DNA of 62,740 bases, counting the filler, from Globobulimina sp. (lineage: Eukaryota): assembly GCA_003354225.1 (NCBI GenBank). It is 23 parts of 23 records of this genome, joined end to end, with 100 filler letters (N's around TTAATTAATTAA, not from the genome) between each part and the next. Parts side by side here need not be neighbours in the genome. Positions count along the whole stretch, not along the records: positions 35,534 to 38,165 come from PIVH01005613.1; positions 38,266 to 40,897 come from PIVH01005614.1; positions 40,998 to 43,629 come from PIVH01005615.1; positions 43,730 to 46,360 come from PIVH01005616.1; 19 more parts are not named here. One strand, 5' to 3'. Shown piece by piece: positions 35,759 to 46,460 of this stretch. How positions within the stretch are numbered: the first letter of the stretch is position 1; each line of letters begins with the position of its first letter. A program made the translations under genes and the position numbers. The notes below the pieces were generated by a model. That model was not told the origin of the DNA. It ran no database searches and worked only from the letters and a program-made list of their open reading frames with translations.

Positions 35759-38165
35759 TCAATGAACGTCTGATGGCAGAGATGAAGATGAATTCGCCGA
35801 TGAAACATGTACAGAAACCGAGACAGATTCCCCAGTCTCATCCTCATCCATCACCATGGGCATATTATCATTATCAGCCACATTATCATCATGAGCAACA
35901 TTATTATCCAATGTATTGGACTCTTTATCATTGCCATCCTCATAATATACACTGTTATCCGTCAATGTGGCCATATTTGCCAAATGCGGTGGCGACTTTA
36001 TAATAAAAGTCTGCGCTGTGTCACTCTTCGCACTTTGTTGTTTGTTCATTTTATTCAATTTATCTTCAGCTTCAAAGTACGTTAAATACCGAGTGACCTG
36101 ATCCAGATCCACTGCATAATGTGCTCCTGATCTCTGTCTATTGTGTGATGCCGACCTATTGGCATGCGATAATTTGGTGTGTGGCAGATCGTCATCTTCC
36201 TCTTCCAGACTATGATTAAATCGTTGCGTCAATTGATATTTCCAATGTTGAAACCGATTTGTACTCACTTTATTAAATGAATCATTCTCCCGACTCGATA
36301 AAGTTAACGTTTTTTGATCATGTTCGTCATGATCATGGTCACTCACTTCCGGAGATTGGGCACCCACTCCATCCATATCATCAGTATGTTTCTTAACGTA
36401 TAGTTTTCAAATACTCAGATTACTGTTTTCCAAGTCAGCTTTTTCAGATTGCTTTACTTGAAAAAGTGCTGCAAAACAGCAATCCTCAGTGTATACTGTA
36501 CTGCATAGTGCAGAACTACCTTAAATAAATTGGACAATTTCGAGTGTGACCCCTGACGGCTTGGATGTTCGTCATTATTTTTATGTTCGTGCCGGAACAT
36601 CGTAGAAAAATTACGAAACGTCATCCTCAGTCCGTGATCCCCAGCAACTTCCTTTTTTTTCGCCTGTTGCAAAATCTCATTATTCACCGATTGGACGCGC
36701 ACTGATTGTAAAAACTTTTCTCGTTTTAATTTGTCCTGTCTCTCTTTCGCCACTTTCCTGGCCCCGTCCTTGGCCAATTTCCGCCGCTCCCGCAGCTGCA
36801 CATATCGATACCGCCATTTTACTTTCAATTTATGCAACCGGCCATGCAGGAATTCGATATCTTTCTTCTCCTTCACATACAGCTCGATGTGCTGCAGATG
36901 CAAACGTAACAACTTCTTGCCGTCAATGTGATGGTGTTCGAATTCAGATTGATAGCGAGCCAAACCCAGTGAGTGTATCCATATTCCTGTTTGTGTTGCG
37001 TTCCATTTTGCGACATCAACGACTAAGCTCCGCGAAGCTTGATCATTGTGTATGATTTTTTTAATTTCTTTCTCAGCCAAAACAAACCTATCGCTCCAGT
37101 ATTGTGCATCAAATAACTTCAGCTCAGATTGCTTGGGCAAGCATTGCAGAACAGTCCTTTCTTTCATTTGTTTGATTCTCGCACTCTCCGATTCCACCAA
37201 TAATTCAATAGTGGCTGGCTGGAGCCGCTGCGGTGTGGATAACGCCATGCAACGCATCAATATTTCGCACAGAAAGAATGTAATGAGACCCATATATAAC
37301 ATACTTATAAATTCATTCATATTTAGCTTGATGAGAGCAAATAATAAGGAGAGGAAGGCGATGCATAATATGTGTAATATTAATAGTAAAATGCGGTCAC
37401 AATGGTATAAATTGGTACCAATGTCGCGGTTCCATAGCGCAAAACATAAATGTGAGTTGTCTGAGTATACACAGATTAAACGATAGAGTCTGCGGCAAAT
37501 GTTGAATGTGTCGCTATGGCGCAACAAGTCATTGATTCTGCCTTCTTTGGTGTGCGTGAACATTCTGTAGCGGAAATGGGAGGGAATTATAACGTTTTTG
37601 GAGATGAGGGGAATGTCGTCGTGGATTGGGGCACAGCAATAACAGAATAATGTAAAGAGCCAAACTATTGAGATGAATATGATGGATACGACTGATATTT
37701 CGGTGTTTGAATAAGTTGTAAAGTCCGAGATTAAATTGGAGAAAGAGGCAGATTCGTCAAATGAAAATGAATTAGGATTTGATAACAGAAATGACAGTGT
37801 GTTTGTGTGGTTGTTTAGGTGGTGGTAACATGCACATTGGGTGGCATTTATGGTCTGTTCCAATGTGATACATTGTGCTGAACTCCATTCGTACTCATTC
37901 TGTGTATTTTTGTTTAGATATATAGGCGTATGTATTGTGTGGCAGATATACCTCATTGAATATATAGCATTGCGTATTGTTGTGGGATATGTTGTTATGA
38001 TGAGGTAATGTGATAAATAATGGTTCATCGCAGTTGTAATTATTAAGAAATGGTTGTTGGGTTTGTGGAGTATTGGGATTATTAAATGATATCGATACAG
38101 ATGTTATGTCGCTGAATGTAGTGATGTTTGTGATGGAATAGTTATGATTTAATCCAGAGCAGTAA
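35759..38165 (-). CDS. Polycystin/adhesion-receptor-like protein: GPS motif + TM helices + SAM domain (spliced, partial)
   Basis: WSSAQC..TQCACYHHL (GPS); TM segments; WNATQTGIWIHSLGLARYQSEFEHHHIDGKKLLRL (SAM). Confidence 0.7.
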
Positions 38166-38265
38166 NNNNNNNNNNNNNNNNNNNNNNNNNNNNNNNNNNN
38201 NNNNNNNNNTTAATTAATTAANNNNNNNNNNNNNNNNNNNNNNNNNNNNNNNNNNNNNNNNNNNN

Positions 38266-38496
38266 AAAATATTTTATTAATCTTACATTATAATCATTGC
38301 CATTTGTTAATGATGGCGCTGCATAATAGGTAGCATTCATTGTAAATATGCTATGACGTGTTGATGCTATAATATTTGTGATTGGTTTATTCTCTGTCCA
38401 TTCAGCTTTGGTTAATGCGTCTCTTTTTTTATTATCTCCCAATCCAAACTCACCATATCCATTCTTACCAACACACCACATTGTAGTAGTGGACAT
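38266..38496 (-). CDS. RCC1-repeat protein N-terminus (truncated)
   Basis: MWCVGKNGYGEFGLGD..ITNIIASTRHSIF. Confidence 0.65.
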
Positions 38497-38544
38497 TTTG
38501 AAGTAAAGTTTTTCTTTTTTCTTGTAATTTTTAGAAGAGTTGCC

Positions 38545-40830
38545 ATGCGCTTTTGTTACCAACACAAAGTATCTATAAAGCCGCTATGGATCCCAGACGA
38601 AGATACAAATGAATGTTATTGCTGTTTAGGAATATTTACATTTTCAACCCGCCGCCACCATTGTCGTACTTGTGGCAATGTAGTTTGCGACTCATGCTCC
38701 AAACACAAAGAAATGATTCAGGGCAATAGCATCCGCATTTGTCGCGCTTGCAATACTTATTTATGGATTAAACGCAGTGGCGAAGATATCGACCATATCA
38801 TCCATTCGATGAACCAATGTATCACCAATTACCCACAGAAATGGTCCAATCTTAAAATATTACTACGCGCTCAATACCAAATCATAAAACAAATCCAAAT
38901 CAATCATAAAAACAACAACTTTAATGACAATCACGTCTTTGTCTCCATACTGGACTATACAAAAAACAATGACATTGACTTAAGTCATATCGGTTTGAAT
39001 ACAATCGAATCTTTACTCGAATGCGAGCGTAGCACGGATATGATTTATTTTATTTGCATTCCGCCCAAACATAATCCAAAACTGTCCCCATGGACCAGAC
39101 GCATATTATTCATTACCTGCGATGCCAAAATATTTATGTCCTCCCCTTTGGACAACACCTTCTCATTAAAACAATTCGTATCCGACCACCACCAGCAACC
39201 CATTGAAACCTATATAAACTTCCAATATTACGCGCCGTTAAACCGTTTGTTCCAGCAACAAATCGTTCCAATCCAGCAGCACTTTCTTCATATCCCACAA
39301 TTCCAACACGTGCACTCCAAACAGCACACTCTCATCATTTATATGACCAAACGGAATGCAAAAATAAACGGCATGGCAGCAAACAATGTCTATTCCTCAG
39401 TCATTGTACGCGAAAAACAGAAAGCTAAAAAAAGCCACACCAACGGCATCAAAACGAGTCAGTTTAGGAATTGGTCGTATTTCAAAGACAAACGTATGCC
39501 ATTGGACTGCAAACAGGATATAACTGATCAGACAGATCCAACCGACACTGATCATGACCACAATCATCATGTATTGGACGCGAATGTATTAATTGATGTA
39601 AATAAAAGCACTCCAACCTTAGTTATATTGCCTTTTTGTGTTGGTTTGTACCCATTTTATGTGAGCAAATCAGGCAAGAATTCAACGCTCAAATTACCGC
39701 TCAATCCACCACCACGGCCCCCATTAACCCCAAGGAAGAAATCGTTGGGCGATGTGTTACCCGAACCTCGCAAACCAATTCGCAAGAAATCGCCGAAAAA
39801 TACATCGCCGACGCCGCCATTGCCACCGCCGAGACTTTCCAATGGAAAAAGCAATGACATACAGAATAGCAACGATGTGAATGATATGGATAATGCTGAG
39901 GATGAGTTTGAACTCATTGCCAAATATAACAACGGTACTGATGAGTGCAAGGATAATAATATCAAAGAGGAGGGATGGATGAATAAATTGTTTAAGCGCA
40001 AAAATACGGATAAACCAACACAGAGTGTGTACACTGAATATATGAGTCGATTTTCCTCCTTTTTTGGCGACCCAATGGAGCAAAACAGCACTGCTCATTC
40101 ACCGAAATCGCGCTCAATCTCTCGAGACATGGAAGAAAGTGATATCACATTCAATCCACAGCAGAATATGTTTCCAGAAACGGATTGGAAATATTTGGAT
40201 TATGAACGTGTGGATGGTGATGGCGATGGCTTTGTTTTTGAGTCTGCGCAAGATTTATATGAGACTTTGAACTGCCATCGGCATGAATATCTACGTAGAT
40301 ATTATGCCAACATTGTGCTATTTCATTGTACTATTTCCTTAATGGCTAAGTCTGTGAGTTGGCAGTGCCAACCACATGTATGCAAATTGGAGGTGTTATG
40401 GAATAACTTTGTCATTCATACGGCATCATATACTGCGAAACCAGTGCCCTTTTCAGCGATGATACTGCTTAAAAATGGACGCCACAAATATTGGAAAGAG
40501 ATAGGTTTCCAAGGCGCTGATCCATTGACAGATTTTCGTGGAATGGGCGAATTTGCCTTGAATTGTTTGGTGTATTTTGCGCAACATTACGCGCCGCATT
40601 GTCAAGTGATTTTTAGTAAACAGAGGGCAGAAAATAACTACTATCCATTATGCGCCTCGTTTATTAATATTGTGAACTTAATTTGTGAGCTGACCAATGC
40701 CCGCAAAGTGGAGGAGTTAGATATCTCACAACAAACCGCGTTGTTTAAATTGTTTGTGACTGCATCGGATAGTCATGCGATTTGTTTACATTGCATGGTA
40801 ATCTGTTGGTTATTTAGTTCATTGTCATGA
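38545..40830 (+). CDS. FYVE zinc finger + Pro-rich linker + ELMO domain protein
   Basis: WIPD..CYCC..RRHHCRTCGNVVCDSC..RICRAC (FYVE); WKEIGFQGADPLTDFRGMG..LNCLVYFA..YP (ELMO/ELMOD). Confidence 0.88.
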   Translation: MRFCYQHKVSIKPLWIPDEDTNECYCCLGIFTFSTRRHHCRTCGNVVCDSCSKHKEMIQGNSIRICRACNTYLWIKRSGEDIDHIIHSMNQCITNYPQKWSNLKILLRAQYQIIKQIQINHKNNNFNDNHVFVSILDYTKNNDIDLSHIGLNTIESLLECERSTDMIYFICIPPKHNPKLSPWTRRILFITCDAKIFMSSPLDNTFSLKQFVSDHHQQPIETYINFQYYAPLNRLFQQQIVPIQQHFLHIPQFQHVHSKQHTLIIYMTKRNAKINGMAANNVYSSVIVREKQKAKKSHTNGIKTSQFRNWSYFKDKRMPLDCKQDITDQTDPTDTDHDHNHHVLDANVLIDVNKSTPTLVILPFCVGLYPFYVSKSGKNSTLKLPLNPPPRPPLTPRKKSLGDVLPEPRKPIRKKSPKNTSPTPPLPPPRLSNGKSNDIQNSNDVNDMDNAEDEFELIAKYNNGTDECKDNNIKEEGWMNKLFKRKNTDKPTQSVYTEYMSRFSSFFGDPMEQNSTAHSPKSRSISRDMEESDITFNPQQNMFPETDWKYLDYERVDGDGDGFVFESAQDLYETLNCHRHEYLRRYYANIVLFHCTISLMAKSVSWQCQPHVCKLEVLWNNFVIHTASYTAKPVPFSAMILLKNGRHKYWKEIGFQGADPLTDFRGMGEFALNCLVYFAQHYAPHCQVIFSKQRAENNYYPLCASFINIVNLICELTNARKVEELDISQQTALFKLFVTASDSHAICLHCMVICWLFSSLS

Positions 40831-41229
40831 TTGTTTAATAATTGAATTAATTCATTTTGTTTGCTTTGAATGTCGTTGTTTAATTTTTGTCCTTTTTNNN
40901 NNNNNNNNNNNNNNNNNNNNNNNNNNNNNNNNNNNNNNNNNTTAATTAATTAANNNNNNNNNNNNNNNNNNNNNNNNNNNNNNNNNNNNNNNNNNNNATA
41001 TTTAATGTTATTTTTAAGTGTGTCTGATTTAATTGATTTAACTCTTTATTCATTAAAATATATTCTGAACAGTGAAGTATGTGACGAAATACTGTATGTG
41101 TTTCTGCAAAAACCATCCTTGCACTCTAATGCATGTCAGTGCGTAGAGAAACGCATTAATTTGAATTCACAATTCGCGATCAGCTTGCAAGCATTAATTA
41201 TCACACAGTACAATAACATCGTTCATTTT

Positions 41230-42088
41230 TCATGGTTCCTGAGGGAGAGCAGGTGGTAAATATTGTTGACTGTCCAGTTCCGAGTGTCTATTCGATGTAA
41301 TTCCTAAATTCAATGAAGATATCACACTAATCCCAGATTTGTGCCCTCGTTGACTATGTTGATCAGTTTGTCCATCAGATTCATACACATAGTGTCTTGA
41401 TTCCTGACTTGGTGTTGTTGGCGCTGGGACATCCTCAAAATTCTTTTCTGCCGATTCTTCAATGTCAAAGTAATCTGTTGGATGTTGCGACAACTATACA
41501 AAATATAGAAAATATAAATATATATATGCATTCACTATATAAAACATACTAATTTTGCAAATTTCCGAATGATATCAATGAAATATATTTCCATTACAAT
41601 ACTGATTATCTTGATTGTGACTGTCACTATCTTTGATGTCTTATTTATGCAGTTTCGAAAAGCAGAGGATTCCTTTGAATATTCAGACTCACATATTTCC
41701 TGTCAATATTTATTAATTTCAATATTTATATTTATTAACTTGAATAACATACATCGTAGAATGTAGTTTCGTAGATAGCGACCACAATATCTATACATAC
41801 GACAACTATGCACCACCAAAAAAATATTCGTGCTTTTGTATAATTTAATCCATACACACTAAAGAAACCAACTATACTTAATATTATTGATAATCCAAAT
41901 TTGATCCATAAAACCCACCATCCATAGCGGAAAGCACTGGAGAATATTGATATAAATGGGAGAATAACGGATAATAAACAAATCATAAATAGACCCATTC
42001 GTACTGCATATGACCATATTAATTTGTTACAAAGTTTGATGTTAAATTTGATGGAATCCACAGTTAACTTGGGAAGCATACACAGCAT
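41230..42088 (-). CDS. Spliced membrane protein, unknown function
   Basis: Hydrophobic ORF 41735-42088 and downstream exon 41230-41493 on the same strand. Confidence 0.4.
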
Positions 42089-42200
42089 AATTTATGCTGT
42101 ATCAACAAAGGTGTAGGCAGCATTAGGTCAAGTGTGCGAAGTAAGTAGAAAAGAGATTTTTAAAATTAAAATCTTCAACTCAAAGACTCAAAGACTAAAC

Positions 42201-43400
42201 ATGCGCAAAGCAAAAGATTTTATTCACGTATTATATCACAACGATTGGAGTGTAATGATATTTGTTACATCAGCTATATTGGTCACAGATAATTTATTAT
42301 CGTATCATTTTAAACGCAACATAATAAATGATTTATTTGCACCATGTTCAACAACATTAATGTTAATACAATTTATGTTTGGGATTGTAAATATGATTGG
42401 TTTTTCTTCATTTTATATTCAAATTGAATTAATTTTACCCAACGGATTAGACCCAGCACATTTAAAATTAAACAAATGGCTGCAATACTACCCAATCGAT
42501 AAAAATAGAACATTTTATGAACGCTGCTCAGCGTGGTCCGATCGAATAAATTTTAAATTATCCATATTCTGGTTTAGTTCCAGTGAAAAATTTATTCGTT
42601 TCATTAATTTATTTGGTATTTTTAATGGTTTTCTAATGGCATTTGTAGCCCTTAATTATATCCCAATTGGTGGTGCTTTTATTGCCGCTGTTTGTTATTT
42701 ATTAAATGCAATATTTTATTTGTCATTGATTCAAATATCTGGTGATTTTTTAGGCCTTCAATCCGATGCAAATTTAGTTGAAACGAATTTTGTTATGTTT
42801 ATTTGTAGCTGCTTAAATTCGCGATATCCGGTGATATGTATAATGATTCTGCGATGGTTAGCTTTCCGCACAATGCTCGCCTGCGGATTATGCAAATGGA
42901 ATGGTTCCAGAATGTGGAAGAATTTAACTGCGATGATACATCATTATTATACGCAACCTCTACCAAATCCAATCTCCTATTACGTCCATAACTGTCCAAG
43001 GTACAGTTAACAATTTACTGTACAAAATACCATGTCAATCATTGCTAAATCCGTTGTAAATCGCATTTAAGTAAATTTTAGCAATGATCCACATGACATT
43101 TCTTGTACGTAATTCGCAAATAAGATGGTACCATGAACTGGAAGTATTTATGACTTTGTTTATTGAGGGACCATTGCCATTTTTAGCATTTGGGCCATCA
43201 TGGTCGAGATATGTTGCATTCATTGGCTTTGAAGCCATAAACTTATTAATAAACACCACCGGTAATTATGGCTTTATTGGCGCCTTAAATATGACTGAAA
43301 ATGCCTCGTTTTTGGATGACAATGCCATGTTTAAAAGATTTAATGATTATAATCATACACAGAGAAATATTTCCGTTTCAGTGCATTGGCAATGGTGGGA
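42201..43400 (+). CDS. Lipase maturation factor family protein (spliced, C-terminus lost)
   Basis: NLVETNF, LRWLAFRTMLACGLCK, WKNLTAMIHHYYTQPLPNPISYYVH, intron 43001-43124, TGNYGF. Confidence 0.88.
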
Positions 43401-43629
43401 ATGGCTGTTCTTCATTCATTTCGTCACATCGGCGTAAAACAGGCCCTTACATTTTTTGCAATGATATTTATCATTGAACTTGTCCTGGAACAGATTAATA
43501 TATGGTCAGGTGGTATGATTTTCGGGGATCTTATTTACCCTGACGGAATATTCGGCCCTAAAATTATCGATGTTCCCTTTGCCGTTCCCCTTGCCATGTG
43601 CGCCTTTAACTGGCCCACCTTTGCCATCG
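43400..43629 (+). CDS. Fragment of prokaryotic carotenoid biosynthesis protein (CruF/DUF422-like), chimeric end
   Basis: LHSFRHIGVKQALTFF..EQINIWSG.IFGDLIY..GPKIIDVPFAVPLAM matches the family pattern E..G..FG.Y.Y..GP....VP..VP..W. Confidence 0.6.
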
Positions 43630-43729
43630 NNNNNNNNNNNNNNNNNNNNNNNNNNNNNNNNNNNNNNNNNNNNTTAATTAATTAANNNNNNNNNNNNNNN
43701 NNNNNNNNNNNNNNNNNNNNNNNNNNNNN

Positions 43730-43950
43730 CTGGTCGTAGCGTTTTGGCCTTCGCTTCCGCCGATGTCAGTTTGGCTTGGGCTAACGCCTCTCGTGCTTCG
43801 GCCAAGGCGATTTCTGCATCGTTCAATTCTGTTTCTTTACTAAATTACAAAATTGTGCATAATATCTGTTTAATTTAAAATACTGTGGCAGTACCTGGAT
43901 AAGTCCGAATTTTGTGACTTGTGGTCATTGTTCTGGGCAGAATCAGCCAT
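43730..43950 (-). CDS. Hypothetical coiled-coil protein, 5' part (one 55-nt intron, 43840-43894)
   Basis: Spliced translation MADSAQNNDHKSQNSDLS|SKETELNDAEIALAEAREALAQAKLTSAEAKAKTLRP; canonical GT..AG. Confidence 0.6.
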
Positions 43951-44106
43951 CGATTTCGATATGTATTATTATTAACCGTCTCATCGAATATGGGCAATTA
44001 CTTTATCGGACAAGCAGGTAGTATAACAAATTTGGTTACTGTAGTTTTTCGCGCCAAAGTTTATATTTTTAAATCATAATGTAAGAACAAAAAAGATCGA
44101 ACATCA

Positions 44107-44610
44107 CTATTTCCCACGAATTCGTAAAGCTAGTTTCATATCCCTCGACTTCACAGTTTCTCTGTTGTTTACAGTAGCGCACAAGTTGGCGTCTTGAAAT
44201 ACTTCAACCAAATAGGATTCGGTCGCGTCCTAAAAAATATGTCTGTTCCAGTTTACCCTTAAATGAATTTATAAAAAAGTACTGCACCTGCAACGCGAGA
44301 ATAGCTTTTGCTTGAAATCGACATTTGGTTGGATAGTTTTGGGCTATTTCTTTCACCAAACGTAAAAATGGTCCTTTCTTAATTAACTTTTCGGTGGACT
44401 TTTGATAACGTCGGATTTCCCTTAGTGCGACGGTTCCTGCAAATTACAACCTTTCCGAAATTATATAATTCAAGTCAAAGTCACATTCGTACCTGGTCTG
44501 TATCGATGACCTTTCCTTTTATCGTTTACAATAGACTTGCCTGGGGCAGTTTTATGGCCCACTACCATATTTGGTTTAGTATGATCCATTAAAGGTACTA
44601 ACGAAGCCAT
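44107..44610 (-). CDS. Divergent histone H3 variant (129 aa, three exons)
   Basis: Exons 44610-44493, 44436-44288 and 44229-44107; introns of 56 and 58 nt. Translation [129 protein letters not shown]. Confidence 0.95.
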
Positions 44611-44701
44611 ATTTGATATCAAACAGATATCTATAACGTTCAAAAAGTGGTACTGAATCAAAAAATAATTACTATTTCTTCACTTACTTTTTTTAAATCG
44701 A

Positions 44702-44706
44702 CCAAT
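44702..44706. promoter_or_regulatory. Possible CCAAT box upstream of the H3 gene
   Basis: ACCAATCAG about 90 nt upstream of the H3 ATG. Confidence 0.35.
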
Positions 44707-44809
44707 CAGCGACGAGCAGACAGTCTTAGGACATTACGTAATCGATTTCGTAATATATTATAATAGACGCACAGACCCATTTATAAATATTTCATTCGGT
44801 ATACCTTGT

Positions 44810-45220
44810 TTATATTACTTTAGGCAACAAAGTTATAGGATTAATCGTCAGACCTTTAGATATCTCGTGTTCTTTCAAAACTTGGGTCAAATAGGGACCA
44901 AGTAATGTCAAAAGTTCACAATTTTTCAATAACAATTGTCTACTGACATCGATTCGGGTTTTGATGGGATATTTGGCTTTGTTAGCTTCCTTTAAATTTA
45001 CAAACAATTCTTTATATTTCGTCAAATTTGTGAACAATCTTTTATTTCTACTCAACAATTTCCCGCTGCTGATCAATCGAATAATTTTAACCAAAATTCG
45101 AATCAATTTATCGTCAGTTTCAATAATAAACGATCGCCTTTCGTCCTTTGTTTCTAATTCGGAAATGCTAGTAAGAATTTCCACAACTTTGTCTCCGTTA
45201 GTTTTAAAATCGAAAACCAT
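44810..45220 (-). CDS. Small basic helical protein resembling a conserved Polinton/adintovirus ORF
   Basis: ERRSFIIETDDKLIRILVKIIRLISSGKL..LTKYKELFVNL..RQLLLKNCELLTLLGPYLTQVL follows the pattern RK..L..A...LI..ICE...N.L.G.......L.K.K..LR.L...K..L.Q.GGFL..LL.P.L of Polinton small proteins. Recognised from memory; the GGF motif is absent. Confidence 0.5.
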   Translation of the reverse strand: MVFDFKTNGDKVVEILTSISELETKDERRSFIIETDDKLIRILVKIIRLISSGKLLSRNKRLFTNLTKYKELFVNLKEANKAKYPIKTRIDVSRQLLLKNCELLTLLGPYLTQVLKEHEISKGLTINPITLLPKVI

Positions 45221-45839
45221 ATTTAAATTCCACCAATTGATACAAACCGAAGGGTTTCAACACAAAAAAATACTTTAGATCAGTGATTCATTTCCGAATT
45301 AGTTGTACCGGTGCCAAGTCGATAAACCAGTGACATCTAACTGAATTGTTTCAGTCGCTTCAAGTACGCCTACGCAAGTATACTGTTATTATTTTATGTT
45401 TCAATCCACAAAAATATCAAAGAACCAAAATAAAGAACCAAAATTTATAATAAAGAAATAAAAATTCCCATCACCAAAATAAAATATCTAAAAGTAAAAA
45501 ATCATTTTTTGTGGGTCAGGCCCATCTATGGTAACTATTAACACTATTACTACTATTAGTACTGTAAGTACTATAATAGTTATTGTAAAAAATCATAGTG
45601 TTTATAGCAAATCTGGATAATATATTTTGTGGTGTTCTAATATTATTGTGGTCACTTAGTTTAATATAATCAATTGGGTACATCATGTGTGTACATCTGT
45701 GCCCACAAGTACCCACATGTACCCACATGCACCCAAACAAAATAATGACCCACAAATATAGTTATATACCAATCCATGTAGAGCTATGCCCACAAGTATA
45801 GCCATGTGTCCACAAGTACCCAACCTATGTATATCTGTG

Positions 45840-46270
45840 CCCACCAGTCCCATTTACGTGTCCACTTATACCCACAGCTCCATTTAGGTGTCCACCTGAG
45901 CCCATCTGCCCCATTTATAGTGTCCACCAGTGTCCACCAGTCCCATTTAGGTGTCCACTGGTGCCCACCAGCCCCATATAGGTGTCCACTGGTTCCCACC
46001 AGTCCCATTTACGTGGCCACTGGTGCCCACCAGCCCCATTTAGCCCCATTTACGTGTCCACTGATGCCCACCAGCCCCATTTACGTGTCCACTTGTACCC
46101 TGAGCCCTCCAGCCCCATTTACGTGTCCACCGGTGCCCACCAGCCCCCATTTACGTGTCCACCGGTGCCCACCAGCCCCATTTACGTGTCCACTGGTGCC
46201 CACCGGTCCCATTTACGTGTCCACTGGTGCCCACCAGCCCCACTTACGAGTCCACTGGTGCCCACCAGGG
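45840..46270. repeat. 31-bp GC-rich tandem repeat, about 13 copies
   Basis: Consensus CCAGCCCCATTTACGTGTCCACTGGTGCCCA. Degenerate related sequence from about 45675; copies more uniform toward the right. Confidence 0.95.
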
Positions 46271-46460
46271 GCCCACGAGTCGTGTAGCCTAGGCCTCAAT
46301 ATACTACTATCTCCATACAAAACCATGACACCTGAGCAATGGGAAACATATAAAGAATGGNNNNNNNNNNNNNNNNNNNNNNNNNNNNNNNNNNNNNNNN
46401 NNNNTTAATTAATTAANNNNNNNNNNNNNNNNNNNNNNNNNNNNNNNNNNNNNNNNNNNN

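Larger units (their letters stand above)
43730..46308. mobile_element. Candidate terminal segment of a Polinton/Maverick-like element
   Basis: Repeat array followed by ACTACT at 46303-46308 (AGTAGT on the minus strand), plus a Polinton-like small ORF and compact co-oriented genes. No core gene (pPolB, integrase, MCP) lies on the contig. Confidence 0.45.

Noticed and set aside
44107-44610. Calling the histone a CenH3/CENP-A
   Set aside because: Divergent tail, Q68 and T107 changes fit, but loop 1 is not extended and F84 is retained, so it is left as an unclassified H3 variant.
45840-46270. CRISPR array
   Set aside because: Units are head-to-tail with no unique spacers, and no cas genes are present.
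45784-46408. Pro/His-rich ORFs over the tandem repeat
   Set aside because: Open frames are a by-product of a stop-poor GC-rich repeat with a 31-nt period.
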